This document shows, piece by piece, positions 1-10,789 of a stretch of 32,059 nucleotides of DNA (the stretch's first letter is position 1; the number at the start of each line of letters is the position of its first letter). A program made the translations under genes and the position numbers. The notes under the pieces are model-generated. The model had not been told where the DNA came from. It saw nothing but the letters and a program-made list of their open reading frames with translations, and did no database searches. The DNA is from Trypethelium eluteriae (Eukaryota): the NCBI GenBank assembly GCA_051942245.1, contig JAVECL010000264.1, positions 1-32,059 on the forward strand, in the 5' to 3' direction.

Positions 1-753
1 GGTATGGGGTTGGGGTTGGGAAGAGGGATTGAGGGGGAGAGAAGATGGGGAGATGGGTTTTGCGGATTTTTTGCGCGTTTGAGATACGTGGGGCTGGCAT
101 GGTGTATGATACCACTGTATTAGCAAAAAGTAGTTATTGGTTCTTAGTATTTTCATTCGAACTTAAGGAGGTATGGGCAGATACTAGCGACAGCAGTATA
201 GTGCAGAGCTTAGCTACCTGTACACTGTACACTTGCCTAGTCAACTTAGCACCCTTCTCTCCATTTTGTACGCCTAGTTAGTGTCCCGCGCTCGCAATTC
301 GTGGTCCCATTTTTGCTTTGTCTGAATATTCCTGTATGCAGCTGAGGTCTCTTGCATCCAAGTGACGGTGCACTGGGACGACAGGAGCCAATTGTACTAG
401 CAGACTGCGTATAGCAAGCGAATGACATTGATAAAGAAAGACTGGTATCTTCGCTTGGAACACTGATTTTTTCTACATGTTACGAAGGATCCGGCGAATT
501 ATATGAACATTCGGCAAACAGACTCTATATCTCCACGTGGGCGACAGAAAAAGCGATACACTAAGCACTGGGCAAGGCGCACCAGAATCAATTGGCCGCA
601 CCAGTAAATTGTTCCTCGAAATGATTCAATTATGCTACGATAACAATATTGTATGTGCCCACTGGCATTGGTGAGAACCTACGACAGCCCTGTGACCACT
701 ACCCTCACCACCTCGCATGAAGCTTTTCAGCGCTCTATCTATCTAGAATCATG

Positions 754-1593
754 TTATCTGTGCAGGGAAAATTTAGAAGCCGTAACATAGCTCCGACGCA
801 GTGAATAATCCTGGCTATCCTTTGGGAGTACTGTCAGGTGCCTCCGCAACTCTGTCGACCCAGGAGAGATCCAGGTCAGGATCGTACAGAGGAACGGGGA
901 CAGGCCCTAAATTAATTCGGTTCGAGGAAGATACTTAGCAGAGCAACAGCAAAAAACGCGTAAAAAATACGTACCAATGCTGCGTAGGCTGTAGTGAGCC
1001 TCACAACTTCGTCCTTGATGGAATGGAGGACTTTCAGTTTTTGGGCCCTGTAGACAACGATATCTGCAAGATTTGGAGCTTGCTTGGGGAAGCAGGTCAT
1101 CTCTCGGTCCATGTGGATAGCGAGAGCGCGCATTTGCCAACGGAGGATTTGGCCATGGCGTTCACCCTCCTCGCGCTCAGACTCGTTTCGGACCTTGAGC
1201 TTTTGGTGCTGGAGGATCAAGCCCACGAGTGTGCCCATACGATTCGTGAACTCAAAAGGAACCTTCTCGGAGATTAGCAGGTTAAGTAAATGTTAGATTG
1301 GTAGGACACAATACCTTCTCGCATTTCGATTGTCCGCTGACACATCCGTGGCAAGTAGTTGCGTTTTGACACGTCTGCGGCTTGCACAACAGCAGATCCA
1401 AAGCCGCTTGTTGATCTTTTAGAGGCGCAACATCGTGAATATCCATTTCATGGTCGTGGCGTTGCTCCGTCAGCATCACGTCGTCGGCGCGACCAAGGCG
1501 CGAAATGCACGGTTGGCACCAGAACTCGTGGGGAGCAAGAGGTTCAAGGGGCTGAAAACCCTTGGACAAAGATTGCGACGTTGCCTGAGACAT
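754..1593 (-). CDS. Hypothetical Cys-rich protein (probably 3 exons, about 239 aa)
   Basis: ORFs 1282-1593 and 912-1238 join in frame through intron 1314-1263 (GTATTG...GCTAAT...AAG). A second intron 974-907 (GTACGT...GCTAAG...TTTAG) gives a last exon ending at TAA 754; this 3' exon is uncertain. The N-terminal half has CQPC and C-x4-C-x5-C-x2-C-x6-C. Confidence 0.45.
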
Positions 1594-2340
1594 GCTTGCA
1601 AAGTTGCATGTGAACTGTATGTAAAAGTGGAGAAAGATTTATGAAAAGCTGTGGTGCGAGGAACTCGTAGAAAGTAAGTTCGTAGAGGAACTGGAGTGAT
1701 ATTTATGTGCTTCAGAGCGAAATTGGATTACGCGCAGATCAGCACGCATTCGCTCGAAAGCTGTGATATGGAGTGATTGGTTCGTCTAAGCCAGTGTACA
1801 TTTTTGCTGTGTAGTCGCAACTTGTCTGCTCTGCGAGCTGATCCAAAGTGTTCTGATCCCATGGTACTGTGAGATGGGGCAGTTGAGCAAAGCGAAGCTC
1901 GGTTGCTCTGCGAACTGACCTGGAGTGTTTTGATTCCGCAGCGTTAGCAGATCAGAAGCAGCTTTCTCACTTTCAGCTCCGTCCACTGCGTGAACAAAAA
2001 TGATGCCAAGGTGTCATGGCTCTCAGTATGCTCTGTAACCTTTCCTGAGACTATGTAGTCACAACAAACAATAGGAAAAACAAATCCAAGGAAACGCGCT
2101 CACATCATTTTGAATTGGATAGAGGAGGCTGAGAAAGTCTCCAGGAACCCTCACTAAGTCTGCTACAGTGATGCTGCAGAAGAGATGAAATATTGAGGTC
2201 TGAGGATAGACCTCTCTGAGGCCGTGCTCAAGCCGAGGCGGACCTTGCCGACTCTGGTTCTGGAGACTGGTGTAAAGAGCGAGCTGCACCTCCAGACCTC
2301 CACATCAACAAATGTCCCCAAGTCCAATTTTACCGATGCG

Positions 2341-4197
2341 ATGATAGAGAACAGTCAGTCGCTGGCTCATCTGCGTCATACACTTCTACAAAATCAAAAG
2401 TTGCCGAAATTCAGCACTCGGCTTTTGTCCACTCCTACACCTTTGAGACTCGGGCGTGAGGACGTATTCTTACGCGTCTTGGGACGTGGAGGTCCCCAGC
2501 GGCGTTCTTTCTCGAGGTTTGTTTCTTCCACGCGACAATTTCCCTCAATTGGCCGCCGTCATGCTTCTACAAGCTCCGACGTCGCTGCAGGAACAACCAA
2601 TCTGGTTACCCGCTTAAGGTTTTTCTTCTACGGAACCTCCCTCGTCTTATTCACCTACCTAGGCTACATCTATATAACCGACACCCGCGCCGCCATTCAC
2701 ACCTACCTTATCATTCCTGCCCTCCGGTTCCTCTATCCAGATCCCGAGGATGCCCATGAAGTCGGTAACGCAGCTTTGAAAGCATTGTATACATGGGGGT
2801 TACATCCAAGAGAAAGGGGACAACCAGATGTGACGGGAGACCTGCAGACTGAAGTATTCGGCTACACCCTTGCGAATCCAATTGGGACGTCTGCCGGGAT
2901 CGATAAAAATGCTGAGATTCCATCACCATTGTTAGCCCTGGGCCCTGCAATAGTCGAAGTTGGAGGCGTGACACCACATCCTCAAGAAGGCAACGCTCGC
3001 CCGCGTGTATTCCGACTACCCTCCCAAAACGCGCTGATCAACCGATATGGACTCAACTCTGAAGGAGCCGAGTTTGTTGCCATGCGGCTTCGTCAACGGC
3101 TTCGCGAGTTTGCCTACAACGAGGGCTTCGGACTTGACGAAGATGCAGAGAAGATTGTGCTCGATGGAGGCGCGAATGTGCCCCCGGGTTCGTTGACTCC
3201 CGGAAAGCTGCTGGCTGTCCAAGTCGCGAAGAACAAATTCACTCCGGATGCGGATATCCGTGCTGTGACGCAGGACTATGTGACCTGTGTTGATATCGTC
3301 GGCAAGTATGCAGATATCCTAGTCGTCAATGTCTCCTCGCCCAATACTCCTGGACTGCGTTCCCTGCAGCGGGTGGAACCATTGACAGCCATCTTGACCG
3401 GAGTGGTGCAGGCAGCAAAGCAGGTGGATAGAAAGAGCAAACCCGCTGTCATGGTCAAGGTAAGTCCGGACGAGGACACCGACGAGCAAGTCAGCGGGAT
3501 ATGCGAAGCGGTATGGGAAGCGGGTGTCGACGGTGTCATTGTCGGAAACACGACTAAAAGACGACCTGAGCCAGTACCAAGAGGGCACACATTGCCTGCG
3601 AAGGAATTGAACATGCTCTCCGAAGTAGGAGGTTATTCAGGGCCGCAGCTATTCGATAGGACGGTGGCATTGGTGAAGAGGTATAGGAGACTGTTAGATG
3701 AGCGACCGCAAAGGTTTCCACCCGAGTTAGAGAACACAAAAGCAGCAGCAACATCCACGCCTTCAACAGACGACGGCATGGAGCAAGCGACGGCGCAGAA
3801 AATTGAAGCAAGCGTACAAAGAGATGTACAGCATTTGAAATCTCCGGATGAAAACTCGAAGAGTGAATCACAGCCGCTTTTCCAACTGCCGGAACGACAT
3901 TCATCTTCCTCAGACTCGGAAGGGCCAGCTCTCTCAGCATCCTCTCACCTCGAGCAAGGTCCGAATCCCGTCCGCCCATCTCCCAATAATCATTTAGGAA
4001 ACAACGATAGACCGAAAACCATTTTCGCGACAGGAGGCATCACGAACGGTAAACAAGCGCTAGAAGTCCTCAACTCTGGGGCAGACATCGCACAAGTCTA
4101 CACTGCGATGGTATATTCGGGCGCCTCGACCATCAGCCGGATCAAAGCAGAGATGAGAGATGAGATTAAGAAACAAAGTACGAAAGGTAAACCGTGA
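2341..4197 (+). CDS. URA9: Dihydroorotate dehydrogenase (quinone), mitochondrial class 2, 618 aa, intronless
   Basis: Motifs NPIGTSAGIDKN, VEVGGVTPHPQEGN, INRYGLNS, VNVSSPNTPGLR, VMVKVSPD, VIVGNTT, GGYSG, ATGGI, AQVYT. Arg/Ser-rich presequence followed by one hydrophobic helix. The ORF-track start at 2224 is GTG; the first in-frame ATG is 2341. Confidence 0.96.
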   Translation: MIENSQSLAHLRHTLLQNQKLPKFSTRLLSTPTPLRLGREDVFLRVLGRGGPQRRSFSRFVSSTRQFPSIGRRHASTSSDVAAGTTNLVTRLRFFFYGTSLVLFTYLGYIYITDTRAAIHTYLIIPALRFLYPDPEDAHEVGNAALKALYTWGLHPRERGQPDVTGDLQTEVFGYTLANPIGTSAGIDKNAEIPSPLLALGPAIVEVGGVTPHPQEGNARPRVFRLPSQNALINRYGLNSEGAEFVAMRLRQRLREFAYNEGFGLDEDAEKIVLDGGANVPPGSLTPGKLLAVQVAKNKFTPDADIRAVTQDYVTCVDIVGKYADILVVNVSSPNTPGLRSLQRVEPLTAILTGVVQAAKQVDRKSKPAVMVKVSPDEDTDEQVSGICEAVWEAGVDGVIVGNTTKRRPEPVPRGHTLPAKELNMLSEVGGYSGPQLFDRTVALVKRYRRLLDERPQRFPPELENTKAAATSTPSTDDGMEQATAQKIEASVQRDVQHLKSPDENSKSESQPLFQLPERHSSSSDSEGPALSASSHLEQGPNPVRPSPNNHLGNNDRPKTIFATGGITNGKQALEVLNSGADIAQVYTAMVYSGASTISRIKAEMRDEIKKQSTKGKP

Positions 4198-5565
4198 ACC
4201 AGTGAGTTGTTTTCTGCACTGATGCATATGTATGACTAGCATAACTCTGTGAAGCTTAGATATATAAGTGACAACGGGACAGTTCAGGGCTGTTTTGTCC
4301 ACATTGGTGAAACGCACGAAAATCGATACTAATATCTCTGTCCGCATCATCATGCCATTTGCTGCCTCCCGTCCTCTCCACCTATTGACCAAATCCTAAA
4401 CCTTGCTATCTTTACCAAAGGACGTGCAACTGTTCGATTTGGACACTGGCCCTTCCAGGGGGCCGGGAGGTTATCCCTCACCCAAAGCATCGTCGCTTTG
4501 CATGGCAACAGTCAATACACAATCGTAATCGGACTTGACGGAAAGTTAGGAATAATTAAGCAAGACTTGGTCAAATAATGGTCCAAGTAACACGTTGTGA
4601 TAGTCCCCCAACATTTTGGGTTGTAGAAGCCAAGTAAGAATCTTGGCACGGAACTAGAGAAAGCGACCTGCAGTCTGCTTTCTCCTTTACAAGATCTAGA
4701 CGTCCCTGCATTCGAGTTTGAGCTACTTTATAGGTGGGAATCTTGAATATTGACGGCCAGAACCTTGTTATCTTCCTCCTTTGCCTGTTTTGGGCTTTAG
4801 CACGGGTGATCGGCACGTTCTTGACGGTACGCGCCGTCCCGCGAAGTCCTTGTATCACAGTCCAGCGACTTGATAGGTGTTCTCCCTATTATATTTACTG
4901 ACCCAATACGTGAAGTGCTCGGTGAAGCGCCCTCGATGAATCCTTCACCCTCTCTCCTTAAACGCATAACGTCCTTCGATCCATTGGATTGCAAAGAAAG
5001 CTTTCAGGGGCGATGTTGTTCAGCACAACGGATTGGAGAAAAGGACTCGATTGAACCTATCTAGGTGGCCTAGGATGTAGGCTCTAAATAAGCCTCATTG
5101 CTCTGAGGGTACGACAAAGGCAAATTACTGATTAGGTAGCAGGGCGAAAGGATCTACATGAAGGATTCGGAGGATTCGCGCGTGAACCCGCGCGGTTAGA
5201 GTCTAAGATTGGATAGACTACGTCCCCGTACCTCGCATCTCCCCTGACATGATTGCCCGCCATTGGCTTCGGCCGTCCTCAAGATATGACAAGACGATGC
5301 GCGAGGCTAGATTGATTGGACCAACATCATCAACACCATCATAGGATTTGTGCGTTGATATCCTAGAGGCCAACACAGCCCAAAAGCATGGATTTTCTGG
5401 CCCTTTCCGTATTAGCTTGTGCAGATCTGTGGAGCTGTACGTACCTGGAACGGAGCACTGCATGATCGGGGGGCGTGAAAAAACTGATCATCTCAAACGG
5501 CATCCAAAACTCTTTAAGTTCATACAGCTGCCTAAAGGTGTTAGAGCTCGTACTGTAGCATAACC

Positions 5566-7105
5566 ATGGTCAAAAATCCACCAGACGAACGTGTTGTCTA
5601 TATTGCATTCAAAAACGTATTCAAGGGCCAAGATGCATTTCTGCGACAATCGAAAAGGATTTCTAAACTCATTAGCCTGCATCAGAACGATCCTTCAGTC
5701 AAAGGCCTCATCAAAGAGCATAACATCGATAATGTCTCTAACACTGTCAAAGAACTTTTGAAAGAAAAGGTCTTCGAATCAACACTGGAGGCCAAACTTC
5801 GCTTTCCAGAACTCTTTGATGTCTCACCTGCGCAGAGTGCGGAGCGTGCTGTTTCCGAAGCTGAGGCAGCCAAGCATGAAGCAGACGTCATCAAAGATGT
5901 GGCTGAAGGATACCAAGAGGAGTCTCCGGAGACGAATGAAGATGATCAAGACACCAACGCGGATACGATAAAAGGGAGAACAGGTAAGTATCAAGGTTTC
6001 TGTGGGTTACGAGCGTACACAGCAGCTGAGCAACCCAGGCACAACTGAAGAAATGCTTCAACAGCACACTCTCCAAGGAACTGCCACAGAGCCTGCGAAA
6101 AAGCTCTCTACATCTTTCCTGACCTCCGTGCCATCTCTGTATCCAGTCTACCTCCCTTTCTTAACGCAGCACAAAATCCTCGTCAGTGTCCAAGATTTGC
6201 TCGAAAAAGCCTGTTTTGCGTACGCATCAGAGCACTTTCCCACCGTTCTCACCAGCAAAGGTTGGGACTGCGCCGAAGCCGTCGAGCTCACCCAATGGAA
6301 ACCCGTCTTCCGCACCCAGCTCCGCCAACTCCCTTCCTCCACCACCTCATCACTCTCCTTACCCTCGGTCGGGAGCCCAAGCATCCCCGATCTCCTCGAT
6401 TCCGTCGCCCAGATCCGGCACACCGCTGTCCACCGCCTCCGCGTCAGCGCCAAGCGGCTTCAACATTTCCTCGCCAACGCGGAGACCCTGACCAAGCTAC
6501 TGCTTGGATTTCCGCCGAGCACTACTGTCTTCTCCTCCTCTTCCGCCTCTTCCTCCTTCAATGATGACTCTACTACTCACCACTACTACTATCAGCGTCA
6601 TGACGCTGCCGTGGCAATGTCAAGGCTACGCCGCGAGATCGAAGCCGCCGTCGACGAGTTCCAGCGCAATAAGGATCTCCTCGAGGGACGCCTCGACGAG
6701 TCGCTGCAGAACATCGCAGCGCGTCGGGCGGAGCTGGATCGGCAGGAGCAGCAGGCGGTGGACGATATGCTGCGCGAGGATGGAGAGTATCAGCGGATTG
6801 CGGGAAGGAAATTGGAGGAGGTAATTGTGGAGCTGGCCACGGAGAAGGGAGAGGAGGACCAGCAGAAGGGAAAGAGGACGGGGAAATGGAAGGGAAAGGA
6901 GAAGGCTGAGGAAGAAGTGGCTGAAGGAGCGGCGGAGGGAGCGGCGGAGGGAGCGGCAGAGGGAGCGGCGGAGATGGGGGATGATGATGAGGATGAGGAG
7001 AGGGAGGCGGTTGTGGAGGTGGTGGAGGAGACATCGTCGGGGACGGAGACGGAGAAGAATGTGGTGGAGAAGGAGGGGAAGACGCGGCTTGATGGGAAAG
7101 CCTAG
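5566..7105 (+). CDS. Fungal hypothetical protein (2 exons, about 494 aa) with an RHxxxH HEPN-like helical domain, coiled coil and acidic tail
   Basis: Exon 1 is 5566-5983, the intron is 5984-6038 (GTAAGT...GCTGAG...CAG) and exon 2 is 6039-7105; together they join the 160-aa and 367-aa ORFs in frame. Family-like blocks: LYPVYLPF.TQH.IL, WDCAEAVELTQW, IRHTAVHR. Confidence 0.8.
6923..6973 (+). repeat. 12-bp coding tandem repeat, 4 copies (EGAA repeat)
   Basis: GAAGGAGCGGCG GAGGGAGCGGCG GAGGGAGCGGCA GAGGGAGCGGCG GAG encodes EGAAEGAAEGAAEGAAE. Confidence 0.9.
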
Positions 7106-7152
7106 ATGCAAATGTCTAGGGGACGGAACGCAGTTGGATCGATGAGATCATA

Positions 7153-8592
7153 CTATGGCGTTTGGATATTCGCGGTAGAGTCATCCGCACTTTCCGAATT
7201 GGCATGATAGAGTGCTTTGACTCTTCCCCATCTCGAATCTTTCTCACACTGCTCCAGAGTGGCCCCCTGCCACAGGTTTCTGCTCTTCAAACCGGTCGTA
7301 ACGCCAGCGATCACTCCACGGGCTTCATCTCTTGTCAGTCCACTCGCCAAACCATGCCAAAAGGCCCTGGCGAATCCATCTCGCTCCATATGGGCAGCAA
7401 GATCACCCGCACCTTTCTTTCGGAGCTCTTGAGCAAGCTTGCTATCCTCACTTGTGACTCCAATATCGCCGGAATAGAGACCACCAAGATCCGCGCTGAA
7501 GTATGAAGGCCCAAAAGCCTCTGACGCTGGCACGCAGCGAGCAAACTGCCAGTCGATGATGCCAGTGACATTTCCTGTCTCATCAATCAAAAGATGATCA
7601 CCTTTGTCGTCAACGTGTCTCAGGAAGAATTCGCCGTCCTGCTCATTAGGAACGAGAAGATGCGCATGATCTCTGAGCATCGTGTAGAAGCAAAAAGCGT
7701 CGGTTGGATACTCATGGTACAATTGTCCGTCAGCGATTAGATCGAGATATTGCTCCGCCGTCTGAACAAAGTACGCCAGGCTGTCGCTGAAAGGTCCATA
7801 CTTATGCAGGGCCACGAAGCGGTTGCTGGCAAATGCCGAGACTTCAATGGTTTCCTCATGTTCGATCAGTGATCCGGCCTGCGGGAAGGGATGCCTAGAT
7901 ATCTCGATGAGAATGTCTGCAAGCTGTTCAAACACTCTCTCCTTCTGCTGCCTTGTGGCTTTATACGAGATGTACGGCGTGCCAGGCAACGCTTCCATAA
8001 GAATGTAACTGACACCGACTTGATTATCTGGGTCGGAGGCTAAACCATAGGTAAAAACTTTAGGAGTAGGAACTTTTGTGTCTTCCAAAAACTTGAGTGT
8101 TGCGTACTCGCTCGCTACTAAATAGTCAATAAGATCATTTGGTACTTCCCCGTATCCAACTCGTGGTACCCGAACAATCCAGCTCTTTCCGTCATTGAAA
8201 CGGATCCAACCATGGTAATTTGCACAGCCCATGATAGCTCCAGCGCCCAGATACTTTCCCGGTTCGAAGTTGCATTTTACACCGTCTCTTCTGGCCGAAG
8301 CTTCCTTGAGCAGCGCGTCGATGCGGATCTTAGCCGGGAGGTCTGAAACCTCCTCATGTATCAGCTTCTGCCAGGTAGCGTCGTCGAGCTAGAGAGTCTG
8401 CTTAGCAACGTCCATGGAAGTCTTCAGAAAGATTGAGTTGTAACCCACGCTTGTAATGCATTTGTGAAAAGGCGGCGCGGTGTGTTGAGCACAAAGGTTC
8501 TTCTTACATGTACTACAGCCTCCACCTCGCACTCCCGCCCTACCACACCCAGGCTTCGAACAGGTAGAGAATCGTGGGATTTTTGACGGCAT
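7153..8592 (-). CDS. APH/choline-kinase-like phosphotransferase with N-terminal AN1-like zinc finger (2 exons, about 459 aa)
   Basis: Exon 1, 8592-8449, encodes C-x4-C-x10-C-x2-C-x4-C-x2-H-x5-H-x-C. The phase-0 intron 8448-8389 reads GTGGGT...GCTAAG...TAG. Exon 2, 8388-7153, carries WIVRVPR, SEYATLKFL, VPTPKV, YILMEALPG, HVDDKGDHLLID and IIDWQ. Confidence 0.9.
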
Positions 8593-9431
8593 GAAACTGC
8601 TAAAAATTATATCAAACAGATTTCGACGGAAATTCGAATTATTAAATGGCGTATTACGTAAGCAAGGCTCTGGCAAACATTGCGGCACGTACTAGGCAAA
8701 CGCGGCTAAAATTTTAGCATCCAATCTTCACAACGCCTGTGGATCAAGGACAATGGAATGAGCATCTTAGGCTGTACGTACCAAGGGAAAGCCATGCTAA
8801 TACATCGTTTCGCCGCGGAGTGTTTTTCTTTCGAGATCCGCTTTGAGGGAACGCCGCTTTCCCACGTCAATCTGGAGTCGGAAACCGTTGAGCACAATGG
8901 AGAAGCCGACTCCATGGAGAATGTAAAGGCGATAAGTACTGTATCAAACGGGTCTCACTCAATCTGAAATCACTACTAGGAATGTAGGCGAGACTGACGG
9001 TTCACATGATTGGGCTAGTCATAAGAAGCGCTCACGTCTTCCACCATGGCGAGTCAACAGAACCTTAGGAGCTTCTTTGGTAGGACTCTTGGTATTACCT
9101 GGACTCTCAAGGAGTTCGAGAGCTTTTAAACCCTGTCGCCAGCCACGAGAATACTGAACACCCCAAACCCTTCAGATATTATGATTCTTGGCATGTAGAG
9201 TGTCATTTAATCAGAGACAGGATGACTTGACAAGTTTCAATGATCTGTTTGAAGAACCTAAAGGAGTGACAGACTTGACGCAAAACATATGGAACGAGTG
9301 ACAAAAACCAACAAATTCAGCATTCCATTTAAAGATCTTCTACTACGTGCTTCTCTTCGGCGCCCTCCTCTTGCATCGGTGCTGTTTGCCGGACCACCAG
9401 TGAAAGCGGAAGCGTAGATAATGTCGATTGT

Positions 9432-9784
9432 CTACTTCTGGTCTAGGGAGATCGATTCAATTAGTGCAACTCCTCAGATCGGAGAAATGTTGACATACGC
9501 TCGGCGCAGAAGCGGGACCCGGATACAGCCCACTTGTCACATCCAGACTCGACGCACCTCAGGCTACTAGCAATGCTGTCCACGAGTTGTTGGGCGATCT
9601 CCTTTGCACAGTTGACATAAGGAGTGACTGAAAAATATTGAGACATGGTCGCAGGCTAGGCGGAATGGTTCTTTGTTAGGATCTTGAGACGACGGCTGGC
9701 TTTCCACGAAATTGAGGACTCGGTTGGATGCGAAGCGAATTTGCGAGATACAATGGTGCTGTCACCTACACCGCTGGCTGTCAT
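9432..9784 (-). CDS. Possible small multi-exon gene ending in a C-x4-C-x9-C-x2-H zinc-finger-like motif; 5' end uncertain
   Basis: A clean intron 9498-9443 (GTATGT...ACTAAT...CTAG) completes RCVESGCDKWAVSGSRFCAEHQK-stop. A further acceptor (CCTAAC...CCTAG, ending 9656) suggests upstream exons. Candidate ATGs are 9646 and 9784. Confidence 0.4.
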
Positions 9785-10789
9785 TGCCTTTGAATATTCG
9801 TCGTATTGGCTCTTTCCCTATATTACGGTGTCGAAGATGCTATGTGCTAGGCTTTCTTGGCCATTGCTGATAGCTGTGGCACATGAAGTCCCTGTGAGCC
9901 CGGAGAGCTTGTGACCGAATGGATCAACATCTGCTCTGGTAGTGAGGTTGACTCTGAAGCTCCGCTGAACCAAGCGACGTGTCACAGGCACTAGTACCAT
10001 CAGAAAAGAGGGCACATTTAGCGGGTTGAGCATCAATCTGCCCATAATTCTCACGATTCAATGTTGCTCCAATTCAACAGTTCGGACTTCCTCACTCTCG
10101 AGCGCTTGACTGATGGCCCAGCTTGGAAGGCTCCTTCCAGCAGCTCATGGCGGTTCTGAAAGCACTATCCTTAGACTGTGCTTCGCTTCTATTGAACTTC
10201 AGCACACTAGGCCAGACTTTTGAAGCGAATGAGCAGAACTATCACACTGCCTCCAGTACCCCCTTGTCCAGCAGGTGATTTGTTACGGCGCATAGCGAGG
10301 ACAAGAGAAGAGGGCAGTGGGAATAAGTTTGAGAGAAGCAAGGCATATTCAAAGCAGAGGGTAGCAATCACGGAGATTGCTATATCAAATGTGACCGCCT
10401 GGTAGGTGACACAACAATAATTCGTCATGGGTTTCCGACCTCAGTTCTCCTTGCACTTGACCTCGCGATTTCTCTGAACCACGTGAGCGTGGCCCTAATA
10501 ATTTTCTGCGCCTGAAATCCGCCTTGTTTAATGAGCAAACATCGGTACTCCAAGTCTCAATCAGATCGTTGCCTTGCTGCGATGCCGAGCGGTGCGCGCC
10601 AACGTCATGCGAGGCCGTGCCGCAAGCGCTATTCAGACGGGCAGTAGACGAACGTATTTTAAAAGGACATCAAATTGAATCGCCATGCTAAGAAGAGTGA
10701 ACTAGAGAAATCGATTGGATGCGGGGCTATTTGCGCGCTCCCAAAGCTGGGTACCTATTTCTGCCCTTCGCCTCGTTACATTATCATCA

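Noticed and set aside
6..37. G-tract cluster (GGGGTTGGGGTTGGG...GGG...GGGGG), G-quadruplex- or telomere-like
   Set aside because: Not TTAGGG repeats. It is truncated by the window edge and most simply the complement of a pyrimidine-rich UTR.
2224..2340. 39-codon N-terminal extension of DHODH in the ORF track
   Set aside because: It starts at GTG; in a eukaryote the in-frame ATG at 2341 is the more plausible start.
4571..5064. Short ORFs downstream of DHODH, one basic with a faint ribosomal-protein feel
   Set aside because: No convincing motif, start codon or splice structure.
6148..7145. Several overlapping Pro-, Arg- or Leu-rich ORFs
   Set aside because: They are shadow frames of the GC-skewed exon 2 of the 5566-7105 gene.
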